DNA of 64,000 nt from Glycera tridactyla (Eukaryota), in NCBI GenBank assembly GCA_965644265.1, contig OZ286467.1, positions 45,012,001 to 45,076,000 of the forward strand, given 5' to 3'. Each line of letters starts with the position of its first letter. The first letter of the stretch is position 1. Below the pieces are notes generated by a model, which saw nothing but the letters and a program-made list of their open reading frames with translations, ran no database searches and had not been told where the DNA came from. Positions 52,671-64,000 of this stretch are shown here, piece by piece. Made by a program: the position numbers and the translations under genes.

Positions 52671-54047
52671 CTGAGGAAGAATGACAAAATATAATAACAG
52701 CAGTGAGCAAGCATCTAAATATTTGGACTCTTCAGAAATGCATTCCTGGATGCAGGTGATTTATAAGGAAATGAAAGAAAAGTCATAATGAAACTGTGTT
52801 TCACATTACACCATTCTAATGTACAAATCAGATTCTCAGGAATCATCTGATTTTCGGTGGATTTGAACTTGTATCTCAAGCATGGCAACAACTGCCTAGC
52901 CTGTAAAGGAGCAAGCTGTCCAGTATGTAGGGCTGTGTAAAGGCAGTCCACATAGCTCAGCAAAGTTTCATTCTAAACATCTTCTATTGCATGAAAATTT
53001 CACAAATAATAGAAACGTCTTCCCTTGAAAATGTGCACTTGTTGCAAGTAATTGCTAATGGTTGAAAGTTCCATTGTAACATGGCATGAGGAGCTACCAA
53101 AATGGCCCAAATTGAAGATGACCTAAGTTAAATTGCTCTCTTCCCATACTCGCCCTATGAAAGAACTGGTCATATGAGATGCTCTGTGGTGAACTTCCTC
53201 ATGCCGAAAATGATGGAGTCCTGTTCCAAGCGGAAATTTTTTGTGTGAAGCGCAAATATCACCAAGCATTCAATTCTGTGGATGTTGATTCATGACTGCA
53301 ACTAATGGCAACAAAAAACAATTGTTTTCGACAAAAGTGAAGGATCAAAGTTGTCCTTCATGCACAACATTAATCATACCAAATGTGAAAAAAATAGCCT
53401 ACTGGTTCTGTTGGGACCACAACTGAGATGTTGGTGGAAATCAAATACATGCCAGAACTCCATTGGATTGTGACTTTTGGGGAAGGAATCAGGAAAAGAT
53501 TTTGAGAAGATGAAGAGCAGCAATTGATCTCCATCAGTTTTAGATGTCTCATCTGTATATGTGTCCATGTGCTGAATAGATATAGCAAAGATGTATGTTC
53601 ATTTCTTTTGATGAAAATGTATCCAGGATGTCAATTCGGTCTACCAAAACATAAAAAACCACTGCTGTCTTTTGCAAAGAGTAGGGATGGCCCCCGACAG
53701 TGGTGCCACTTTTCTTCATCATTTTCAGTTTTTCAGTCTGATGTGACCAAAAGTCGTGAAAGGATTTTAAACCCAAACAAACAAACAAACTACCAAAACA
53801 CTAATCCCCTGCTTCTGACAACAGATTTTTAATTTTTCTTCTAGCCTCGCTGACATAATTCATGGGAGGATGTGACCAGTACAAAAGATAACCAGCAGAC
53901 TGTATGGAACATCACCAGATGCCACTTACATCAGACAACCATTGAGGGACATCTAGTGTTCATATGGTGAAGCATTAATGACAGCACCACTCAAGACATG
54001 GCAGCTCGAAATGCAGCTTCCAATCATTGTTGGCAGATGGCATTTAG

Positions 54048-54226
54048 CTACATCAGGGGCATGGGAGCCACCTGTAAGCCAAATATTCCTTCCATTGGTA
54101 TGTTATGGTTGTCAATATGCTCACAAATAAACCTCATTCTGGTGAGAGACTTTCTTTCTCGGGAGATCATGGAATCAGGAATAGTCACTCTTTCAATGCC
54201 AAATGAGCTTAGGTTTGCAGCTCAGC
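54048..54226 (-). mobile_element. Possible decayed LINE reverse-transcriptase fragment
   Basis: The minus frame reads RERKSLTRMRFICEHIDNHNIPMEGIFG, loosely like the CR1/L2 RT motif YRPISLT...HLDxNNIL...QxGF. It is bounded by stops. Confidence 0.3.
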
Positions 54227-54972
54227 ACTTGACAGTGGCCAGAAGGGATTGATCCAGGACTTTCATGTGGGATGTGGGCTGGGGCAGTCTCAGCCTTCAA
54301 AACTTGACTGGATGCCCATCTTCAGGGTGACAAAAGAGGCATGTGCACTGGTTGAGGCCCCCCCCCCCCCTCCCCCACTGGTCCCCCCCCCCCTTGCCTG
54401 AATCTGCCATCAGATATTTGCGAGCAAAATTGGCCATGTCAGACAACTTATAGGAGCAAAATCTGAATTCTGTTAACTAGTTAGTGGTGAATTAATTGAA
54501 ACATATGAGGATTTCAGAAGCCAGCTAGGCATTAACATTGAGCAAGAATCCTGGTATTTGTGATTGGTATAAATTTCAATGGATATCATATTGCTCAATA
54601 ATGGCAGTGGAAGGAATTTCAACAAAAAATGTATCCACCCTATAATGCCAGATATACAGGCAGTGTGGGAAGGCATGATCAAGTGCCGTGCCAAGTGTCT
54701 ATTTGGAACCGACTTCAACCTGTTAACTGGGTGAAGACTGAAGCTGACAGCAAAGTTTTCCATAACTCAGAATTGCTCTCGGAATACCTGAAATACAGCA
54801 ATGTGTCAATCATGCAATAGTACCAAATGCACGAATATCGACTCTAATTGCATTTTGGATGATTATTTTCGAGAAAATCCCAAGAACTTCATCATGTATA
54901 GCCATCCGATAGTGTTCTGCCATTTTGAATCTCATTGGACCACATGACCAAACAACAAGAAAAACGCCAATT

Positions 54973-55602
54973 CACAATCAGGCAATGCCTGCCCTCCCTT
55001 CACAATCAGACAATGCCTGCCTTCCCTTCACAATCAGGCAATGCTTGCCCATCCTTCACAATCAGACAATGCCTGCCTTCCCTTCACAATCAGGCAATGC
55101 TTGCCCATCCTTCACAATCAGGCAATGCCTGTCTTCCCTTCACAACCAGGCAATGCCTGACCTCCCTTCCCAATCAGGCAATGCTTACCCTCTCTTCACA
55201 ATCAGGCAATGCCTGCTCTCCTTTCACAATCAGGCAATGTCTGTCCTCCCTCCACAATTAGGCAATGCCTGCCCTCCCTTCCCAATCAGGCAATGCCTAC
55301 CCACCCTTTACAATCAGGCAATGCCCACCCTCCCTTCACAATCAGGCAATGCCTGTCCTTTCTTCACAATCAGGCAATGCCTGCCCTCCCTTCACAATCA
55401 GGCAATGCCTGTCCTCCCTTCACAATCAGGCAATGCCTTCCTTTTCTTCACAATCAGGCAATGCCTACCCTCCCTTCACAATCAGGCAATGCCTGCTCTC
55501 CCTTCACAATCAGGCAATGCCTGTCCTCCCTTCAAAATCAGGCAATGCCTGCTCACCCTTCACAATTAGGCAATGCCTTCCCTTTCTTCACAATCAGGCA
55601 AT
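54973..55602 (+). repeat. 28-bp minisatellite, about 22.5 copies (CACAATCAGGCAATGCCTGCCCTCCCTT)
   Basis: Units start at 54973, 55001, 55029 and so on, with no spacers between them. Confidence 0.95.
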
Positions 55603-55755
55603 TTACATGTGCATTAATAAGTTGGTGATTAAACACAGGAAGGCAGGTGAAAATGTTTGGAAGGGCAGCTGAATATCCCACTCCACCTGAAGGGATATAA
55701 TAATCTGTAGCCCTGGAGCCTAGTCATCTTTGACTCGGGACTGACTAATGTACTT

Positions 55756-55807
55756 GAGAGTTCAAAACCAATCAAACACAAGAGAGTTCAAACCCAATCA
55801 AACACAA
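55756..55807 (+). repeat. 26-bp direct duplication
   Basis: gagagttcaaa(a/c)ccaatcaaacacaa occurs twice. Confidence 0.85.
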
Positions 55808-56696
55808 AAGGAAAATAACAGAAGTGAACAGGAATTCTTCGAGATATTAAATGTGATATCAGTATCAAACCCACCTGGATGATCTCTGTAGACAGCTTCT
55901 AAGGTTTGGATATTGGTCACACGGACATTCTGCAACAGATAAAAATAATAACAAAGCATTAGCAATTCTGTCGGAAAGTGAGATAACCACAACTGTCACT
56001 CATGAAATGAGATCTGCAAGAGAAGGAAAGTACTTTTCAGTAGTGAAATGAAAGAACGAATTAATAATTCCACCAATGCCAGAATCACATGTAAGAAGGC
56101 TATACAATCACCAATATTGCGAGAATATAGAATAGATGATTGTATGGGAAAAAATCCACCGATATTAACCGGATAAGTAGGTTAGAAGTTGGAGGCTTAC
56201 AAATGGGAGGATTCTCATCACAAGTTTTACTGGGGCCGTACTACTGACACTTGGCGCATTGTATTTTGAGCAGAGCATGCATATTTTTCAGTTGTAACTC
56301 TCATTTTGTCTTTGGGTTTGAACAATCTTAGAAAGGCACACAGATCCATCCAAGATGTAGCTCTCCAGGTACATCCTTTGACTCCAATCAGTCTCTCCCT
56401 GACAAATGCTCAAATTTGATCAGCAATCATCCATGAATATCACAGAATAAATGTTCCCTGTCAATGTTATTTGTCAACTTAGAAATACAAGTTTTATTGT
56501 GAGGATCCTGAGGAATGCCTGAGAATATTTCTAGTTATTCTGGCTGAAGAAAGTGAAAGCTCCAGCCTTCTTTTTCTTGGCTAGAAAAGTCTGCTCGGGC
56601 AGCAAGTGATAGTTCAAGCATAATGTGATATGTATCAAACATCAACTGACAGAAACTACATTTTCAAGACTGATTGCTATCTGACTTTGGCTAATA

Positions 56697-56856
56697 CAGT
56701 CGAACCTGTCCTAAGCAGCCACCCTTCGGGAAGGCAAAAAGTGGCTGCTTACGGCAGGTGGCTGCTTAGAGCAGGTTAATTATAGTGGAAAACCCCCCGG
56801 TGGGAAATTCAAAAGTGGCTGCCTAGTACAGTGGCTGCCTAGGACAGGTTAGAATG
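56697..56856. mobile_element. Tc1/mariner (Tigger/pogo-like) MITE
   Basis: TIR CAGTCGAACCTGTCCTAAGCAGCCAC versus the reverse complement of GTGGCTGCCTAGGACAGGTTAGAATG (22/26). Flanked by TA on both sides. Confidence 0.8.
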
Positions 56857-56999
56857 TATACATCTGATGAGTGACCAACTCTTTTGAGATGCATGATTTC
56901 ATGACAATTAGGTTTGTCTCGTGACAGATTTCACTTTATCAATCAACCCCCTGCCGCAATCAGCAAACTGCTGATTTTCATTTTGAGTATATTTCACTT

Positions 57000-57237
57000 C
57001 AATTCACCTGTATCAAGTGACCACCTATCTTGAGCAACAATATTTTTGGATCCAAAGCTTGGTTCCTAAACACAGATTTGAATGTAGCACCATATGCTGG
57101 CCTGCAAAGCCTCATTGCTCATCTGTATGCCAACGAATATATTCCTGCCTAGTTCAGAGGGTTGTCTTTGGATTTCACTATCTCCAACTACCACATGTTG
57201 GCTCCCCCATATTGGTTGCTTAAAACAGGTTCGACTG
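57000..57237. mobile_element. Tigger/pogo-like MITE, diverged
   Basis: Right end ...GGTTGCTTAAAACAGGTTCGACTG. Left end CAATTCACCTGTATCAAGTGACCACC. Internal sequence is partly duplicated at about 57270-57400. Confidence 0.55.
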
Positions 57238-58099
57238 TTGCAGAGTATTTGAGAGTACAAGGCCTTGTTTTTATGCTACTACACATATTTCTGCCAAGTT
57301 CAAAGGGTTGTTCCTGGAGTTCCCTGGTATTTGTCCCACTTCTGTCAACACCATGCATGCAGATCAGATATATTTCACCTTGGTGACTTGTCCTCTCAAT
57401 AGGGATACCCCGACCTTGGTAAATGGTCAACGCTTTCACCTATAGACTGCTGCCTCTTACACCGGTGCTTACCAATCAACTTTCATTCAATACCACTCTC
57501 CAGCAGTGCCATTTCAACTGGATTTGTCAATCAGAGCTTTTTAAAAGTGTGGAGGAAAAAACAGATCACAGCAGAGTGCTTTATCAAGCCATTGACGTTG
57601 ACCTTGAAATGTCTGCGTAGAATCTGGGTCATGATTCATCGATGACACTACCAAGTATAAATAAATGGCAATTGTTGAGATAATGAATCTTCTGCCTCAC
57701 CACCATGTTAATTCACATCATTATGATTGCACAATCCTGAGTGATGTATATTTCGATAAAAAATGTGCAGAAACCAAGCAACCAATCAGTGTCCTTGAAC
57801 CTGTTGGCTGTAGCCTGAATTGTCAACTCATGAGACAGTGGCCAATTCAGGCCAGGTCACACTTGGGGCGATGACCATTTGGTCAAGCTATGAGAGCTGA
57901 TGCTGCCTTCACCCTACAACTTATGTAAGTCAGAGCCCCTTTCATGAATATTCTGGTTTCATAACTGAGAACCTGAAAGATTTTGATATTATCCCTCATT
58001 CTGATACATCAATAACACCAGTGTAATATAGGTAGAATAGAAGACACCTGCTGATAGATTTATCTCTGCAGAAAACGCTGAAAGATAGATGATGGATAA

Positions 58100-58330
58100 T
58101 TTTGAGGTATGGTTTTATCAGAATCTCCACACCAAAAGCCTGGTGGCAACACTTTAAAGTAAATGTCCCACCCCCTTGGTGGCTGCCATCTATAGACCCT
58201 GGACTCCAACCTACAAGTACTGGTGGTGTTTGTGCTATCAAGAATCAATGTCTATTACCAAATGTAAGGAAAACATCTTTGGTTTGGCCCATCCAATATC
58301 TCACAAACCATGCTTCACGATTTCATTCAT
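58100..58330 (+). mobile_element. Possible decayed LINE endonuclease fragment
   Basis: One frame reads EVWF...SLVATL*SKCPTPLVAAIYRP, like the APE-domain motif E.LW...I.VG.IYRPP, with an internal stop. Confidence 0.3.
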
Positions 58331-58620
58331 ACATCAGCAATATTGATATGGGTCAATATTGATATCTGAATGCATTCAATGAAACAAGGTAGCTTCTGTT
58401 GAATTCTAGCAGCAAAAACCATGATAATTTTGAGTACAGTAACGTTTTCCTCTTCAAATTTGGTTCAAGCTCAATGTCCATAATACCTACAACCAGAAAA
58501 CTTTTGTAGCTAGAGTAAAATGAACAGCTGAAGCAAACCACAAACAAAATCTGGTATCTGATGGTTTTCAGACAGATATTCCTCTAATGTTCATCTGATC
58601 ATAGTAACACGCCCCATGGC

Positions 58621-58998
58621 TAGTGTTGGCAATAGGTTGCATTTTGATAATTGATTATCGGTTAGCCCAACCGATCGATTATCAATTATAATCGGTTTGC
58701 ACCACAACCACTACCCTGTTCCACCAGTGTTTTGTCTCCAGAATCATATATACACGCAGATGTATGCTGAGCAGTCACCTGGGGTATATGGTTAGCTTTT
58801 GATGGTGAAAGATGGCAGCATCTTGACATCCAAGGGAATCCATAGCTTTTTTCATTAAAAAAGGCAGAATCTTCTATTGAAATATATGTGTTGACAGTGC
58901 ACTGATTAAATTGATTCCACATTTCTGCAATCGATTGTCTATTTGGCCAGCAAGATCAATCGATAATCGGGTATCAATCGATAATCGTGACACCACTA
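58621..58998. mobile_element. hAT-family MITE with intact target-site duplication
   Basis: TIRs TAGTGTTGGCA and TGACACCACTA (9/11 match). Perfect 8-bp TSD CCCATGGC at 58613-58620 and 58999-59006. Subterminal CGATTATC/GATAATCG motifs at both ends. Confidence 0.85.
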
Positions 58999-59719
58999 CC
59001 CATGGCCGGTTTGTCCATGATTGAGCCTCCTTCAGAAGTTCATATGATCATAGAAACACACCCTTGGCGGGACTGCCTAAGATTAGGACTTCCTTTGCCA
59101 TGAATGTATCATTCAACTGCTTGAACTGAGTGAAGCAGTGTGACTAGGGAGTTTTGGCTCATTCACTCTCCACAGCAGTGACCCCTGATACTGTGACAGC
59201 TCCATTGCCTCACTCCTCCCCCCCCCCCCCATTTTCCAGTAGAGAGATTGCTGCATTACCAATGTGATGATTTGACTTTATCACTTATTTCATATCTTTC
59301 ATCCCCGGGTCTTTAACAAACTTACATGGAGGGCAGAGATAAACTGAAGAAGTACATTTGGGAAGATATGGTTTGAGTATCAGCCCGAAGAATTATCTCC
59401 TGTGTTCCTAATCTATGAAAGGAGGATAGTCTCTCCCCTGCAGGCATCACTTTCATGAACACTAAACACAAGATGAAAGGTGACAGAATGGTTTCAAGTG
59501 GAAGAAACTGTCAGTTCAGACACACATCTATGAATCTTACATAAATCTGAGCATGAGCCCACCATGTGCATAACTCTACTGGCAAACAACACCATGAGAG
59601 GGCATTTCATTTAAGAGCGATATGTTAGACATGAGATCTGGATGTAACCAGGGAAATCCCAGCCTCAATCAACACGATGAAGGGCTGAGATGAGACAGAG
59701 GAGAACTGAAGATATTCAG

Positions 59720-59733
59720 GTTACCATGGAAAC
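59720..59733. promoter_or_regulatory. RFX X-box-like motif GTTACCATGGAAAC
   Basis: Motif match only. Confidence 0.3.
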
Positions 59734-60026
59734 GACATGACATGACACAAGACAGGATGCTGCTAGCAGCGGGATGAGGAGGTGGGAGACATTGAGATGT
59801 GGCAAGATATATCATGGATTATGTCAAATCCAGGCAGATCTAAGCCTGTGGAATATCAGGAACAATATTGCACTGCCCATGAATGTATTCAAGGAATACA
59901 ATGACTGGAATCACCGGGCTCAACAATACTGAGAATATCCACGAGCCAGACTAGCCCCTCTCAGACAAATTCTACGAGTCAGATTTGAGATTTAGTGGAT
60001 CTGTTCAAGGCCATATTGAGTATGTA

Positions 60027-60109
60027 CAGTGAAACGTGCGATGAGAGACTGCCCTAAATCTCACAAAAAGTGGACTTTCATTTAAGGTCTCTCATTACAT
60101 ATTTCACTA
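60027..60109. mobile_element. Short Tigger-like MITE (hairpin)
   Basis: (TA)CAGTGAAACGTGCGATGAGAGAC ... GTCTCTCATTACATATTTCACTA inverted pair. Confidence 0.55.
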
Positions 60110-60561
60110 TGACCTGGAAATAATATGGACACATCATTGAATGCAAAATTCAGACAGCCAGAAATGTATCAATCCAACAATCACCAAAAACATGCCATTA
60201 TAAGATCATGAATTTGAAGTCGAAACTTCTTTGTTTTTTCAGACCAATCTAGATTTTTGTGACTTTCTTCACTGAAGATGAAGCGATTAAATAGTGGAAG
60301 AAACCCCAATAAAAAGGTAAATGTGAGAATGCTCAACTGCTCAAGATGTATGAAGACCCAAGATAAACCTTATCCTGAAAACATGTGCTTTGATACCACA
60401 AACTCAGAAACTCTTGTATATGTCATCAATCCTCTGAAAGATACGATGCATCAAGATGAAATGGTAAACATTTCAAGCAAATGGCTACAAGCGACTGTTC
60501 TGATCCACCGCAATGCAAGAACATCCCCTGCAGAAAGAAGACTCTTCTGCTCAGATTTAAT

Positions 60562-60674
60562 CTTGACCTGATTACAGGTGAAACTGATTCCAGGCCCCTC
60601 GACCTTGACCTGATTTTAGGTGACTTAACCTTGACCTGATTACAGGTGCCTCGACCTTGACCTGCTTACAGGTG
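60562..60674 (+). repeat. Four copies of CTTGACCTGATTACAGGTG with variable short linkers
   Basis: Seen directly. One copy reads ...ttttaggtg and one reads ...gcttacaggtg. Confidence 0.8.
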
Positions 60675-61005
60675 GCGCATCCTCATTAGGAGTCCCAATA
60701 ATTGCACTAATGAAGCCAATGATTAGCCAACAAAAGGAAACTTGACAGGAGAAAAAAAAGACCGATAATAACGACATCTGGAATATTAACCAATGGCATT
60801 GCTTGTATTTCAAGCTGCAGAGTAACTGATAACCATCCCTCATTACAGCCTTATTACAACCAATTAGTCGTGATCCTGCAAACCCTGGTTGCATTGGCCA
60901 CACTGATCATTTATGTCCCTCTCCCTATCTCTCTGTCCCTGTTTCTCTCAATGACTCCCCCTTTCTCTGTTGCTCCCTCTCTTGTTACTGTCTGTCTAAC
61001 ACACA

Positions 61006-61155
61006 NNNNNNNNNNNNNNNNNNNNNNNNNNNNNNNNNNNNNNNNNNNNNNNNNNNNNNNNNNNNNNNNNNNNNNNNNNNNNNNNNNNNNNNNNNNNNNN
61101 NNNNNNNNNNNNNNNNNNNNNNNNNNNNNNNNNNNNNNNNNNNNNNNNNNNNNNN
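61006..61155. other. Assembly gap (N run)
   Basis: N bases. Confidence 1.
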
Positions 61156-61479
61156 CATCAAAACCTGTTCATCCAAATCAAAGACTCGCACACCTGATCA
61201 AGAGACCATCTCTATACAGAGGTCACCTGCCCAAAATGGCCATGCTGAGCCATAACAAAAATAATATTTTCAATTGAAATCAACCTATTTAAATTACATG
61301 GGTCTACAAAGACCATTATTTGATGGGGCTGAGTGGGCCACATTGGCAGGTTCAACTTTAATCTGAACAAGGTGCCAGACTGACACGTCAGTTGATCAAT
61401 CGCTCATTGACAAACATCAAATCACATGTGAGATCAAAATCTATCCATAAAGATGTCTCTCATGTCTCCAATACAAATT

Positions 61480-62050
61480 CAGGAGAGCTCAGGTCTGATG
61501 AAGATATGGGTATCAACCTTGAGCAAACCTGGCAGATGATATGAGCCATTATCACATGGATGTGCCATTCTCAGTGATGTATCAGGTGTTGAGTATTGCG
61601 TGTAATACTTTTTGATGATTTCTCTCCTAATCCGGAAGCTGGATGAATACCTTGCTCTTTCTTGCCAAGCCATGAAGACCAAAATGGAAAAATGGAAATG
61701 TTGAGGTTTTAGGTCCACTGTCTGCACTTGAGTAGGCTAAATCAGACCACCTGCCAAGGAGGAGCGAAAATGGAGGGTGAAACATTCCTGCATGGTAGGA
61801 CCGGGGATTGAACCCCAGACCCATTGCATGTCGACCCATGAAGACCAAGGCACACCCCTATATGATCTAGGTTCCAATTGTTGATTTGATGCTCCAAGGA
61901 CACAACGGCACAGCCCAGGAATGTCAACGTTCCCAAGACACAATTGTACACCCCGGAATATTCCTGACTGACATGCAAGTGAAACTTGATGAATTGACTT
62001 GTGCTGCTCAACATTGCTCACATGGTATGAATTCTCAAATGCAAGACAGA
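61480..62050 (-). mobile_element. Probable decayed retroelement-derived sequence
   Basis: Several overlapping 70-95 aa minus-strand ORFs. AWQERARYSSSFRIRREIIKKYY resembles the LINE ORF2 linker (W..Y...R....IR.AK..YY). Confidence 0.2.
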
Positions 62051-62288
62051 TTTTCCTTCATTATGAGATAAACGAGCCAAAATGAAAAGACAAATCATCA
62101 ACCAGAGCAACAGTAGCAGCATGATGGTAACTATTGGAAAAAGGCTACTGATTTTACCAAATTTAATGATTTTTCATTTAAATACACTACCATCCACAGT
62201 GATCAATCCATGCAATTTGTTTGAAAGTATCATAAAGAATTTATAACTAAACATTTCAAACTGTCTCAAGACATCAAAATTGCATATA

Positions 62289-62423
62289 GAGTGTAGCCTG
62301 TCCTGAACAGTCATTAAGCTGAGCAGCAACCTGCCCCAGGCAGTCAGTTTTTAGTTTTCAACTGGAGGACTTCTTACCTGTTGTAAGCAGCCGTTTTTTG
62401 CCCTCCCGAGGGTGGTTTGACTG
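62289..62423. mobile_element. Fragment of the same MITE family as 56697-56856, inverted
   Basis: The reverse complement of taagcagccgttttttgccctcccgagggtgg closely matches ccacccttcgggaaggcaaaaagtggctgctta near 56717-56750. Confidence 0.55.
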
Positions 62424-62431
62424 TGTTATTT

Positions 62432-62840
62432 CATAGTGATTCAGTCAAACATACATAATATATTTTTTCTGAATCCATATTATATTTCATAACATAGTGT
62501 TTCAGTCAAATATACATCATTTGTTTGTTTCCAATCCAAAATGTATTTCAATATCATAGTGTTTAAGTTAAAGATACATACTCAGTTTGGTCAGAGCCTA
62601 TTTCAAAACATAGAGTCGCTATTGAAGGTACATAATCTATTTGTTTGCTATACATATTGTATTTTCAATCATAGTACTCCAGTCATAGATATATAATCTG
62701 TTTGTTGATAATCCATATTGTATTTCAAAATATAGTGCTTCAGTCCAAGGTACATACTGTGTTTACAATCAATATTGTACTTCAAGACATAGTGTTGTTG
62801 TTAAAGATACATAATCTGTTTGTTTACATCTATTTTATAC
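62432..62840 (+). repeat. Diverged AT-rich tandem array of about 55-62 bp, about 7 copies
   Basis: Recurring CATAGTG..CAGTCAAA..TACATAAT..TTTGTTT..ATCCATATTGTATTTCAA. Confidence 0.8.
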
Positions 62841-64000
62841 GTGCATAATCTAGTGCATAAAAGCAGGTTATTATTAAGTGAGATACATGCAGTGATAGTC
62901 TACATCTTAGCATAGCCATTTCAAATGCTCGAGGCCAAATAAAAGCAGATATTCTGTAACACTCCCTGCACTAATTTCATGATAAACTATCAACACATCG
63001 CGGAATACTCAGCCAGTGTTACCTTTCTGCAAAAATAAAGACATCACATGACACACAGATCTTTTTTGACAATTGTATATCACCCTAATTTTCAGAAGGA
63101 ACTGGAAGGAGACAAGAGACAGAGTGAAGTGCTATTTGTTGAGGAGACTCCCTAAAATAACCTTATCTAAGAAAGCGTTTTCTCTCAGAATTATTCACAA
63201 AGTGATAACTTGGTGTTTTACCTACTTTTATCATGCATTACTGACTGCTTGCTTGTCCATCAATTACAACCTCTACATTTCTAATGACATCCCTTTTTCA
63301 ACATTAAGCTATTTCCACTATAAAACCATCCATACTGACACTGTTTCTGATGTACTTAATAATAGGTTTGATCATATCTCCCCATACCTTCATACCTCAA
63401 ACATATGTTATCATGCAGAAGGAATAATATTGGTTCGGTTATCACATATTCTTTACTTCAGGGACATCTGATGATCAGTTTGATAAACTTTACTAAATAA
63501 TCATATGAAATGAAGACCTCAGCAGTAATTTCAAAGGACCTCCACAAGCAAAGCATTTTATGATAAGTAATCTTTCATAGGAATGTTTGCTCATGGTAGT
63601 ATATATTTGATAAAAGTCACATGTGATGGCGCTGAAATTTGGTATCACTGCAAAATATAGTATTCTGATCACTCATCTTTGAATCTCGCTCTCACAACAG
63701 GGAAATGTTGCCGAAGAAATATCTATAGAGGCTCCCAAATCTGCTGTAGTTGATCTCAAAATGAGAAATATGTGTGAAAATGACATCAAACTGTTACTTG
63801 TTACTAATTTATATTTCTAATTTCTAATTAAGAAGGGTTCCATGCCTTCCTGGGGCAGGCACCTCGGTGGGCAGCTCAGACACTGCTTGCCCATACCAGG
63901 CACACAGGGCATTCTGTATAAATATCATATTACCAGCAAAAATTGAGATCATCTCATCTTATGACTATGCACAAATTCATCAACAATGTGTAATGGCAAG

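Noticed and set aside
53374-53571. Possible 198-nt phase-0 minus-strand exon (HMDTYTDETSK...)
   Set aside because: Two frames are open, the composition is not convincing, and it is not needed for the in-phase chain.
54973-55602. CRISPR-like array of 28-bp repeats
   Set aside because: Units are contiguous with no unique spacers, there are no cas genes, and the context is eukaryotic. The 60562-60674 repeats also have linkers too short for spacers.
61742-62014. Ig-domain-like string LHVSQEYSGVYNC
   Set aside because: Only a partial F-strand motif, with no matching B-strand Cys or C-strand Trp, no good splice sites, and a location among overlapping decayed ORFs.
63073-63471. 132-aa plus-strand ORF
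   Set aside because: Non-ATG start, AT-rich intron-like composition, and no splice or homology support.

Overview
Eukaryotic (animal) genomic DNA. It is AT-rich, intron- and repeat-dominated, has four N gaps, and shows no prokaryotic features (no operons, rRNA, tRNA or CRISPR). The repeat types suggest a marine invertebrate such as a hemichordate, echinoderm or amphioxus (inference). Nearly all ORFs in the supplied track are noise from introns, microsatellites or decayed transposons. The one well-supported gene was assembled by hand from GT-AG splice sites on the minus strand: seven phase-consistent coding exons between 23113 and 14951. They encode a 227-aa protein I cannot assign to a family; it starts MGSQYCS (possible myristoylation/palmitoylation) and ends DCACSIQ* (CaaX box plus an upstream Cys). 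It includes 18- and 39-nt exons. There are weaker candidates for alternative 3' ends, stop-containing exons, a 3-nt microexon and further upstream exons (43-54 kb). A CpG-rich, promoter-like island at about 38.2-38.6 kb has splice donors facing outward on both strands. Mobile DNA includes a Helentron/HINE-like tandem-core element with a nested 773-bp MITE, an intact hAT MITE with an 8-bp TSD, many Tigger/pogo-like MITEs and decayed LINE fragments. All gene models are manual and unverified by transcripts or database searches.
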